A DNA stretch of 32,000 bases, taken from NCBI RefSeq assembly GCF_003945235.1, contig NZ_RSDW01000001.1, positions 3,810,001-3,842,000 on the forward strand, written 5' to 3'. Numbering within the stretch: the first letter of the stretch is position 1; each line of letters opens with the position of its first letter. Of this stretch, positions 1 through 10,200 are shown piece by piece. This stretch comes from Edaphobacter aggregans (GTDB lineage: Bacteria > Acidobacteriota > Terriglobia > Terriglobales > Acidobacteriaceae). Under the pieces are notes generated by a model. That model did not search any database, was not told where the DNA came from, and saw only the letters and a list, made by a program, of their open reading frames with translations. Both the position numbers and the translations under genes were made by a program.

Positions 1-1
1 T

Positions 2-2965
2 ATCAGTAAATCGGGGGGTGAGCGGTATCACGGCGAAGCCTACTTCAACGCACGGAACAGCGCCCTGAACGCGAACGACTGGAGAAGCAATCATCAGGGA
101 GTCGCGCAGGGACCCCAGCACTATTACTATCCCGGTGGTAACTTCGGCGGTCCGGTACCGGGTACAAACAAGAAGCTCTTCTTCTGGGGCGGCTATGAAA
201 AGTGGCTTCAGAACCAAGGCAACTCAAATGTCTTGACGTCTTATATACCCACTCCGGAGATGATGGCGGGAGATTTCAGCACCGATAACGCCGACAACCT
301 AGCCCTTTGCCCCAACGGATTTTTCGCGACTCCGAAGAGCAGCTACCCGCAGGGTCAATGGTGCGGTGATCTTTCCGGAACGGTCTATGCAGACGGCTCT
401 ACTGCGAATCCTACTCCGGCTCCTTACGGAAGCCAGGGTGGAAATGTGGGCCAGAAGATACCTGCTCAGTTCATTGATTCTGGCGCGGCAGCACTGGCCA
501 AAATCTGGCCCAAGGCCAACGCGAACCCGGCAACCTCTGTCGGCAATGTCAACTACTATCAGCCCATTCCAAACCTGAACAATGGATGGATGTATCGCGT
601 TCGGGTCGACTATCAACTGGGGGAAAATACAAAGATCTACGGGTCTTATCAGCAGGCATACGACTCGCAGCTGGCGCAGGGCAATGGAGCGCACCTGTAC
701 TGGACGCCTGGCAATGCCATACCCTACCCGGGCGGCGGCGAGTCCGAGGCTTTCTCCGGCAAATCGCTGGCAGGGCACTTCGTACACAACTTCAACGCCA
801 CAACGACCAACGACTTCATGGCGGCATGGGCCTTCGGCAGCTTCCCTTTTGTCCAGCCTAACCCGTCGGCGGCCTACCGGAGCACATTAGGCTATACCTA
901 CGGCAAGGTCTTTCAGACCGCCTCTTCCAACATCCCTGCCTACAGCAGCGCCGGAAACTTTAGCTTCCCGGATTTCTCGCAGGCTTCTATCTTTGACAAC
1001 CCTCCAGGGAAATATGCAGTCCGCAAGGAAGCTCCACAGTTCAGTAATACGCTGACCAAAGTTTGGGGCGCTCATACGGTGAAATTGGGCGCATTCACGC
1101 AGACCACCGATAACTACCAGAGCACCTTTAGCACAAACCAGGATGGATCCCTCACCATTCGCGCGGGTCAGAGCACGAATATCATCACCGGAAACCAGCT
1201 TGGCTCGCCTCAGAACCCCGTGGCCAACTTCACGATGGGGATACTATCGGGCTACAGCGAAAACAACTCGTCTCCCATTGCCGATACTGCATACCAGGCA
1301 ACAGCGGTATTCGTGTCCGATAACTGGAGAGCAACCAAACACCTGACTCTTGAGCTGGGCGTGCGCGTGGAGCACATAGGCCACTGGTATGACCGTGATC
1401 ACATTGGCATGGCGGTCTTCTATCCTGATCGGGTACTGGCTGACTACAACGGTGGCAAGTACGCTCCGGGATATTACTGGCACGCCATCGATGCGGGCGT
1501 TCCGCTGAGTGGTCAGCCGAACCGTTTTGCTTATGTCGATCCACGACTGGGTCTTTCCTACGATCTGCGCGGGAACGGCAACACTATGATTCGCGGCGGA
1601 TGGGGCGCCTACCGCTTCGTCACCCAAGTCAACGACGTTTCGGCGCCGTTGGTGACCGCGCAACACGTCCTCAGTTACAACCTGCCCGGTCAGAAGAATG
1701 TCATGCTTTCGCAGCTCAACCAGTTGGCATATAAACCCTGCACATCACAATGCACAAGCGGAACACAAACGGGCTTCGATCCGGGCGACTACGGTCAGCC
1801 GCTCACCTTTGCCTACAATCTTACAATTGACCAGAGGCTGAAATGGAATTCAGTGCTCGATGTTGCGTACGTCGGAAGCAGCACCAGTCAACTTTCCAAC
1901 AACAGCGAGGGCATTGAAGGCAGCAATTTTGCTGCACTTGCCGATCAGAACAAAACTCCGCTCGGAGCCTTCTTCAAACCCGATCCAGTGACCGGTGTAC
2001 TATCCACCAACCCGGAAAACCTAGGAACGAATCCTAACGGGACAACTGGCACTTCAACCGGGAATAAGGCGGCAGATTATCACCCATACGGTTACGCGTA
2101 CGGTACCGCTTCCGCCCTCATGAATCAAAGTACCGCTTATACCAACTACAACGGTCTGCAGATAGCGTGGATCAAAACAACCGGCAAGCTCGGCTATAAC
2201 CTGAACGCTACCTGGTCGAAGACACTGGGCACGAGCCTGCAAGAGAATCCATATGATATCAACCGTAACTATGGCCCGACCTCCACGGACCGGCCGTTTG
2301 TTTTCAATGCCTCTTACTACTACCAGACCGGGAGAATCGGTTCGTCCAATCAGTTTGTCCGCGGGCTGCTGGGTGGATGGACGATCTCCGGAATCTCGAC
2401 GTGGCAATCTGGGGGATACATTCCCGCTGCGCTCGGAAACGGTGTGCCAAACTTCGGTATGGGACTAACGTATACCGGTCTGCCGGCAACTGCGAAGGCC
2501 CAGGGCATAGGTAGCGGCATCGGTAGTGCTACGTACTTTGGTACGGATGCTCCTGTTCCGATTCTGCCCACCTTAACCTGCAATCCAACCTCCGGCCTCG
2601 CCCACTACCAACGCGTCAATGGGAGTTGCTTTGCGGCGCCGGCGGTAGGAACGCAGGGCGGTCAAAATTACCCCTATATGAGCGCCGCAGCCTATTTCAA
2701 TAATGATCTGGCAATCTACAGGTCATTCCATATCCCTGGTCGTGAAGGGCAACAAGTTCAGTTCCGCGCCAGCGCATTTGACTGGCTGAACCACCCGTTG
2801 CCTGGTTACAGTTCGCTGACACCGCTCACGCTGAGTTACAACGTGGATTATGCCGGTAAAGCAATCACGCCAAACTACAACACTAAAACCTTCGGTGTTA
2901 TGGACAGTAAGACTGGCTCTCCATACCAGCGAATTATCGAATTGAATGTGAAGTACTTCTTCTAG
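2..2965 (+). CDS. TonB-dependent-receptor-like outer-membrane beta-barrel protein, C-terminal ~987 aa (5' end lies upstream of the window)
   Basis: The frame of the listed 233..2965 ORF stays open back to nt 2 (ISKSGGERYHGEAYFNARNSALNANDW...KKLFFWGGYEKW), so the TTG at 233 is not the true start. The protein is long and Gly/Asn/Tyr/Thr-rich with beta-strand-like segments (GNTMIRGGWGAYRF, VLDVAYVGSS, LQIAWIKT). It ends in ...IELNVKYFF, the aromatic C-terminal signature of outer-membrane barrels. A strong terminator follows. Family assignment is from motif recollection only. Confidence 0.7.
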   Translation: MSKSGGERYHGEAYFNARNSALNANDWRSNHQGVAQGPQHYYYPGGNFGGPVPGTNKKLFFWGGYEKWLQNQGNSNVLTSYIPTPEMMAGDFSTDNADNLALCPNGFFATPKSSYPQGQWCGDLSGTVYADGSTANPTPAPYGSQGGNVGQKIPAQFIDSGAAALAKIWPKANANPATSVGNVNYYQPIPNLNNGWMYRVRVDYQLGENTKIYGSYQQAYDSQLAQGNGAHLYWTPGNAIPYPGGGESEAFSGKSLAGHFVHNFNATTTNDFMAAWAFGSFPFVQPNPSAAYRSTLGYTYGKVFQTASSNIPAYSSAGNFSFPDFSQASIFDNPPGKYAVRKEAPQFSNTLTKVWGAHTVKLGAFTQTTDNYQSTFSTNQDGSLTIRAGQSTNIITGNQLGSPQNPVANFTMGILSGYSENNSSPIADTAYQATAVFVSDNWRATKHLTLELGVRVEHIGHWYDRDHIGMAVFYPDRVLADYNGGKYAPGYYWHAIDAGVPLSGQPNRFAYVDPRLGLSYDLRGNGNTMIRGGWGAYRFVTQVNDVSAPLVTAQHVLSYNLPGQKNVMLSQLNQLAYKPCTSQCTSGTQTGFDPGDYGQPLTFAYNLTIDQRLKWNSVLDVAYVGSSTSQLSNNSEGIEGSNFAALADQNKTPLGAFFKPDPVTGVLSTNPENLGTNPNGTTGTSTGNKAADYHPYGYAYGTASALMNQSTAYTNYNGLQIAWIKTTGKLGYNLNATWSKTLGTSLQENPYDINRNYGPTSTDRPFVFNASYYYQTGRIGSSNQFVRGLLGGWTISGISTWQSGGYIPAALGNGVPNFGMGLTYTGLPATAKAQGIGSGIGSATYFGTDAPVPILPTLTCNPTSGLAHYQRVNGSCFAAPAVGTQGGQNYPYMSAAAYFNNDLAIYRSFHIPGREGQQVQFRASAFDWLNHPLPGYSSLTPLTLSYNVDYAGKAITPNYNTKTFGVMDSKTGSPYQRIIELNVKYFF

Positions 2966-2978
2966 AACGCCTCGTGTG

Positions 2979-3020
2979 AAACGGAAGGCAAACGATCGTT
3001 TGCCTTCCGTTTTTCTTTTA
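2979..3020 (+). terminator. Rho-independent terminator of the outer-membrane barrel gene
   Basis: Perfect 15-bp stem aaacggaaggcaaac (2979..2993) / gtttgccttccgttt (2998..3012) with loop gatc, followed by the T-rich run ttctttta. It begins 14 nt after the TAG at 2963..2965. Confidence 0.85.
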
Positions 3021-4144
3021 AAATTTCTGGAATCTCTCTGTCTGAGTTACACCGCCTGCCACGATATCGTATTTGAGTCTTCGTCGTTTAAACGGAATGC
3101 AATCCCGAAGTCAGCAATAAGCCGGTCAGACCAGATGTAGAACTATAGATATAGGGTGCTTTTACAAACAACGGGTCCGCAGTATGGTGAGGGCTGGTCC
3201 CGAAAGTAGTACCTCCGCTAACGGTGGGTGGCGGTTCAAAATCCAGCAAGAACAGGGCCCGATCTTAGAGAAATGTTGATCCGCCGCGCGATCGAAGATC
3301 GGTGCCGCAGCAGACTCAAGCGAGATCAATCGCTGATCAGCAAGCGGACGTATGGTTTCGAAGCTAGAGCTCTCGAAGAGCGCGATAATTGGGGTCACAC
3401 CCAACAAACTGGCTCGTATTCTCTGGACCTTATTTCCAGCGGGATTACCGCACGCCATTCAGTTGTGTTTGCCTAAAAAAACGGCCTGAAAAACGCCAAT
3501 GCTTGGAAAGTCCTTCCGCGCCGAACGGACTTAGATCCCCAATGCTGGACTGTTAAATCCGCCGAGGCAACGCGTATTTAGGCCATGGGAGTCATGGGTG
3601 TCTACAACTTGTGCGCCAGTGAATACACATGACGTGTCATACCCCGCAACTATTCGGCAAGTCATGATGAGTTGTGACAAAAGGTTTCCCAAAAAAAGTA
3701 TTTAAGACAAACACAGAGCATGGGACTTCATACATGCGCCATCAACACGTCCGTGGAAGCCATATACGTTGGGCTTAATTGGTTCCCACTAGTCGATTTT
3801 TCTCCCGAGCTCCTTTTTGAGATGTTTGCTCGGTGCTTTGCAAGTGACACATGACCGAGAACGGCCTACCGGCCATGAACGCAAGCACCAAAAATCTTCT
3901 AGTCGCTGAACGCGCAGAGGATCCATCGCAGAAGGGCGAATACTAGGTCGTTGTAATAGTCGAAAGGCTAGAAATGTTTGAATTCTTGAAGACTGCGCAA
4001 TACCTTGGTTCTTTTTTTCACCGGTTAGACCTATTCAAAAATGTTAAGAAGATATGGAACCTACGTCTATGCTTCTTCATAAATACCAGGTCTGTTCTAC
4101 TGCAGTCTTCCTTCCAAACCATATCGTGTGTGGAAGCAATTGGA

Positions 4145-4260
4145 ATGCCACGAACATCAGGAAAATCAGAGTCAATATTTAAAGTTTCTAATAGTTCAAA
4201 GATCCACGGTTATTTCTCATTGGCTTTGCTTGCCATAATGTCTTGTGGCATAGCGGGTGC
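4145..4260 (+). other. Predicted Sec signal peptide of the giant protein
   Basis: Basic/polar n-region, hydrophobic core FSLALLAIMSCGIAG, and a small-residue A-G-A site before QTPTT. The cleavage site is predicted by eye only. Confidence 0.6.
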
Positions 4261-7200
4261 CCAGACTCCGACTACTGTGAGCCTCTCAGTCACTCCAGTG
4301 ACCGCGTCCTACGGATCCGTAGTCCAGATGACGGCCACTGTGACTGCCGGTGCAACACATCCTTCAGCCGGGACAGTTACTTTTAGCGACACCTTCAATA
4401 CTGTTACGCACGTTCTTGGTACGATCCAGGTTCAGTCAGCAAACGGCAAAGCAATTTTGCAGCGAGAACTGGGTGGAATTGGAAATCATTCCATTACAGC
4501 CACTTTCAATGCTCCGAAGACCTATCAGTCGAGTTCCTCAACTGCGCAAATTGTGGCTATCACGGGGCAGTATCCGACGACGGCAAGTCTTTTACAGACC
4601 GGTGGTGCGACGGGAAATTGGTCACTCACAGCGACAATTACGGGAACTGGCAGCCTGTCACTGTCGCCAGGCGGGAATGTATCTCTTCTTGATACGTCCA
4701 ACGGAGGCTACCTTCTTGGCATGGCCGGCCTTGGAACGGGAACTATTGCACAGCAGACCGTTGCTGGCGCCGGATCACCCATTGGTGTCGGTACTAACCC
4801 GGAGAGCGTAGCAGTCGGAGACTTTAACGGCGATGGCTTCATCGATATTGCAGTTCTTAGCAAGAGCAACAATAACAACGTAAGCATTCTGTTAGGTGAC
4901 GGCACTGGCGCATTTACCGAATTGGGAACGAAGCTAAATGCCGGCAACAATCCCGTTGCTGTAGTGACCGGAGACTTTGATGGCGACGGCAATCTTGATC
5001 TTGCGGTAACAAATTCTACTTCCAATGCGATTAGCATTCTGCTCGGCAATGGTGATGGCACTTTCCGCAACAGAGCTACGTTTACCGTAACGACGCCCTA
5101 CGCCCTGGCGATAGGAGACTTCAATCGGGATGGTATACCCGATCTCGCAGTAGCCAATAGTGGCAACCAGGTGAACATCATGTTGGGCAACGGCTCCGGG
5201 GGCTTCACCCTATCCAGTGGATCGCCATTCACCGTGGGCAATGGCGTAGCCTCCATCGTGGTGGGAGATTTTAACCGCGATGGCAACCTCGATTTTGCGA
5301 CAGCCAACCAAACCGATAATTCGATTAGTGTCATGCAAGGGGATGGTACAGGCACTGTCTTTACATCCATTACAGGTGCGTCGCTTTCGCTGGGCGCCGG
5401 TACGACTCCCCTCTCTATTGTTACTGCGGATTTCGATGGGGATAACAAACTCGACCTCGCTGTAGCGGAATCCGGAAAGAACAGGATCGGTGTTCTTCGT
5501 GGCAACGGCGATGGAACCTTCGGGCTACAGGCAACGTACGCCACTGGGTCCACGCCCTATGCACTCGCTGTAGGAGACTTCAACGCAGATGGCAACTATG
5601 ACATTGGAGTAGCCAATTCAGGCGCGACAACCGCAAGCATTTTGCTTGGAAATGGCAACGGCACATTCCAATCTCAGACGACACCCTCTGTTGGGACGAA
5701 TCCTAGATCTGTGGCTGCTGCCGATTTTGACGGAGATGGCAACGTTGATCTCGCCGTTGCAAATTATGGCAGCAACAATGTGAGCATCCTGTTAAATCAG
5801 ATAACGGATACGGCGACGGCGTCGCTGACGATGATCTCGATCCCGGGTGGCGGCAACCATTTACTGGATGCGACGTACGCAGGCGACACGAACTTCAGCA
5901 CGAGTACGTCGAATAAGGTGTCGTTGGCTGCATCCCCAATAACAACGTCGACTCTTTTGAGCACCAGCTCAAACTCTCCCACCTACGGACAGCAGGTAGT
6001 TCTGACAGCGACGCTAAGCACCAGTATGGTCGGCACCCTCACGCCAGCCGGAGTGGATACGGTGACGTTCAAAGATGGCACGACGACCATCGGAACTTCG
6101 ACGCTCTCAAGTGGTGTAGCTACTTTGAATGTCAGCAATCTAAGCGTCGGTAGTCACACGATTACAGCTGTTTTCGGTGGAGATAGCAACTTCCAAACTA
6201 GTACATCCGCTCCGGTGAGCATCGTTGTAGGCACGGCGACACCTGTCATTACATGGGCTAACCCCGCACCCATCGCTTATGGGACGTTATTGTCGACCAC
6301 GCAGCTGAATGCGGTAGCCTCAGTAAACGGCATAACTGTCCCTGGCACTTACACCTACACGCCGGCTGCTGGAACTTTACTGGCGACCGGGTCGCCGCAT
6401 ACGCTTAGTGTTACGTTTAAACCCACTGCTTCAGGAAACTACACCACAGCAACGGCGAGCGTGTCGCTCACTGTCACCCAGGCAACGCCAATCATCTCCT
6501 GGGCTACTCCGTCGCCTATCGCTTTTGGAACGCCACTCAGCAATGTACAGCTGAATGCAACGGTAACGAGCACCACGGTGGTTCCTCTGTCCAGCTATTA
6601 CAACGTGAGCGGCATCATCACCGATGGCTCGACGGTAACGAACGGTGGATTTGACGCCAACGGCAACGACTACTCCGCCAACCAGCTCGGCACATCGATT
6701 AGCTGGAATGGTGTGACCTACACATTTGGCCCAGTGAACGCGAATGATGCTGTCAGCAACATCACGATCAACCTTCCACAGGGCCACTTCTCCAGCCTCA
6801 ACATGCTCGGCGCGCTCGTCAACAATGCGACGGCTTCGAATACCTTCACCGTTACTTACACCGATGGATCAACTAAGAATTTCACACAGAGCCTGAGCGA
6901 CTGGGTTTACCCGATGAACTACGCGGGCGAGTCGAATTTGAAATGCGATATCGCACGCGATCAATCTGGCGGAGCGCAGGACACCCACTCGACCTGCGTC
7001 TACGGATATCAGTTCGCGCTCGATAGCACAAAGATCGTGCAGAGCGTTACGCTTCCAAATACGCGCAACATCGTGATGCTTGCGATGGGGCTGACTTCTC
7101 CTCCCATCGCAGGGACGATGGTTTACAGCCCGGCCGCTGATACGGTTCCTGCCGTTGGTACAGATACTCTTTCGGTTACCTTCACCCCAACGGATACTGT

Positions 7201-10200
7201 CGACTACTCGAGCGCGTCGGCGACGGTGCAACTCGTCGTCAATCCAGCCACGGCCTACCTTAACTGGCCCACACCCGCGCCAATCAGTTACGGAACGCCA
7301 CTAAGCTCGACCCAACTTAATGCCAGCGCTGTAACGGCTACGGGCGTAATCCCCGTTCCAATCTCCACCTACTATCGGGTCAGCGCTTTCTTCACTGACG
7401 GAGTCCAGTACCAAGTTGGAGGATTCGACAATAATGGCAACGCGTACTCTGCTAATCAGCTTGGAACGACGATCGCATTCAACGGCATCAACTTTGCACT
7501 TGGGCCGCCAAGCGTTCCGAACTCGATCACGAGCACCACTGTTTTGCTTCCTCAAGGAAACTTTACAACCCTGTCTTTCATCGGAGCGGCTGCCAACAGC
7601 GCACAAACTAACCAGACCTTCACCGTCAACTATACCGATGGCACCTCCACAACCGCGCAGATCAGTCTCAGTAGTTGGACGGCGTCGAGTGGCTTTGCTG
7701 GCGAGACGATCGTTTCAACGACGACCAAAGAAGATACTTCCGGCGGATCTCAAGTAGTAGGCACTTACAACCTGTACGGCTATCAGATTGCTCTCAGTAA
7801 CACAAAAACAGTTAGCAGCATCACCCTTCCGAACAATCTCAATGTCGTCGTTCTGGGCATGGCCCTCAGCACATCATCATCTGCGACAAACCCAATTCCG
7901 GGGACCTACGCTTATACCCCCGCCAGCGGAACGATCCTTAGCTTGGGGACCCATACCCTATCGGTTACGTTTACCCCTACCGACACCAGCCACTACTCCG
8001 TTGCGACCAAAACGGTTTCCATCGTGGTGAACAAAGCTGTCCTAACAGTGACCGCAAATAGTCAAAGCGTGGTATACGGTACGTCACTGGCTCCTTACAC
8101 GTACGCCATCACCGGGTTCGTCAACGGTGATACCCAGACGAGCGCAACGACGGGTACCCCATCGTTGACAACAAACCCCACGACTCCCTCCAACGTAAAT
8201 ACTTACCCAATCACTGTGGCTGCGGGCACGCTCGCCTCCAGTAACTACAGCTTCACCTTTGTTAATGGATCTGTGGTCATTACGCCGGCCACCCTTACAC
8301 TCAACGCCAATAACGCCTCAAGGTTCTATAACACCGCCAACCCCACCTTTACCGGGACCATCTCCGGGGCCGTCAACGGGGACACCTTCACCGAGAGCTT
8401 CTCCACGACCGCCAACACCTCATCAGCTGTAGGCACCTATCCAATTACCCCTGCCGCTTCCGGCACCCACCTCTCCAACTACACGCTGGCGGTCAATCCC
8501 GGTACCTTGACCGTCACCCAGGCGACCCTGACGGTGACGGCAGGCAACGCCAGCCGCGCCTACGGAGCCCCCAACCCCGTGCTCACGGCCTCGGGCGCGG
8601 GAGCGTTGTCGAGCGACAGCTTCACCTACACGGCGACGACGGCGGCAGTGCCGTCTTCTCCGCTGGGAACATACTCGATCGTGCCCGCGGTGACCGGAGC
8701 TAATCTGGGGAACTACAACGTGGTGTATGTGGATGGCACCCTGACGGTGGGCCAGGCGACCCTGACGGTGACGGCAGGCAACGCCAGCCGCGCCTACGGA
8801 GCCCCCAACCCCGTGCTCACGGCCTCGGGCGCGGGAGCGTTGTCGAGCGACAGCTTCACCTACACGGCAACGACGGTGGCAGTGCCGTCTTCTCCGCTGG
8901 GAACATACTCGATCGTGCCTGCGGTGACCGGAGCTAATCTCGGGAACTACAACGTGGTGTATGTGGATGGCACCCTGACGGTGGGCCAGGCGACCCTGAC
9001 GGTGACGGCAGGCAACGCCAGCCGCGCCTACGGAGCCCCCAACCCCGTGCTCACGGCCTCGGGCGCGGGAGCGTTGTCGAGCGACAGCTTCACCTACACG
9101 GCGACGACGGCGGCAGTGCCGTCTTCTCCGCTGGGAACATACTCGATCGTGCCTGCGGTGACCGGGGCTAATCTCGGGAACTACAACGTGGTGTATGTGA
9201 ACGGCACCCTGACGGTGGGCCAGGCGACCCTGACGGTGACGGCAGGCAACGCCAGCCGCGCCTACGGAGCCCCCAACCCCGTGCTCACGGCATCGGGCAG
9301 CGGCGTGCAGAACGGCGACAGCTTCACCTACACGGCGACGACGGCGGCAGTGCCGTCTTCTCCGCTGGGAACATACTCGATCGTGCCCGCGGTGACCGGA
9401 GCTAATCTGGGGAACTACAACGTGGTGTATGTGAACGGCACCCTGACGGTGGGCCAGGCGACCCTGACGGTGACGGCAGGCAACGCCAGCCGTGCCTACG
9501 GAGCCCCCAACCCCGTGCTCACGGCCTCGGGCAGCGGCGTGCAGAACGGCGACAGCTTCACCTACACGGCGACGACGGCGGCAGTGCCGTCTTCTCCGCT
9601 GGGAACATACTCGATCGTGCCTGCGGTGACGGGAGCTAATCTGGCCAACTACAACGTGGTGTATGTGAACGGCACCCTGACGGTGGGCCAGGCGACCCTG
9701 ACGGTGACGGCAGGCAACGCCAGCCGCGCCTACGGAGCCCCCAACCCCGTGCTCACGGCCTCGGGCGCGGGAGCGTTGTCGAGCGACAGCTTCACCTACA
9801 CGGCGACGACGGCGGCAGTGCCGTCTTCTCCGCTGGGAACATACTCGATCGTGCCCGCGGTGACCGGAGCTAATCTGGCCAACTACAACGTGGTGTATGT
9901 GAACGGCACCCTGACGGTGGGCCAGGCGACCCTGACGGTGACGGCAGGCAACGCCAGCCGTGCCTACGGAGCCCCCAACCCCGTGCTCACGGCCTCGGGC
10001 GCGGGAGCGTTGTCGAGCGACAGCTTCACCTACACGGCGACGACGGCGGCAGTGCCGTCTTCTCCGCTGGGAACATACTCGATCGTGCCTGCGGTGACCG
10101 GGGCTAATCTCGGGAACTACAACGTGGTGTATGTGAACGGCACCCTGACGGTGGGCCAGGCGACCCTGACGGTGACGGCAGGCAACGCCAGCCGCGCCTA

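Noticed and set aside
3230-3245. A tRNA T-loop-like string, ggcggttcaaaatcc, which might mark a tRNA or an integration-site remnant.
   Set aside because: The flanking bases do not form a T-stem (ggcgg versus tccag). No acceptor or anticodon arms can be folded around it.
3162-3476. The mutually antisense ORF pair 3162..3458 (-) and 3228..3476 (+), considered as a possible small gene or gene remnant.
   Set aside because: Neither has a convincing ribosome-binding site or a recognisable motif, and they cannot both be real. Without a homology search I cannot support either. A decayed gene fragment remains possible.
3674-3704. A candidate sigma-70-like promoter: gtgaca (3674..3679) and tattta (3699..3704).
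   Set aside because: The spacer is 19 nt, the -10 element matches TATAAT at only 3 of 6 positions, and promoter consensus in this phylum is poorly defined. It is too weak to report as a feature.
3974-4144. The 57-codon N-terminal extension of the giant ORF (MFEFLKTAQYLGSFFHRLDLFKNVKK...).
   Set aside because: It is AT-rich, Phe/Lys/Leu-rich and has no signal-peptide character. A far better start lies at 4145, with GGAAG upstream and a classic signal peptide immediately downstream. It is probably 5' UTR that happens to be open.
45-8030. Small alternative-frame ORFs inside the barrel gene (e.g. 299..787, 1244..1666, 2054..2407) and inside the unique part of the giant gene (e.g. 4350..4811, 5098..5553, 6431..7231, 7416..7757).
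   Set aside because: All are embedded in, or antisense to, long well-supported coding frames. They have skewed Arg/Ser/Pro composition and no start-site support.
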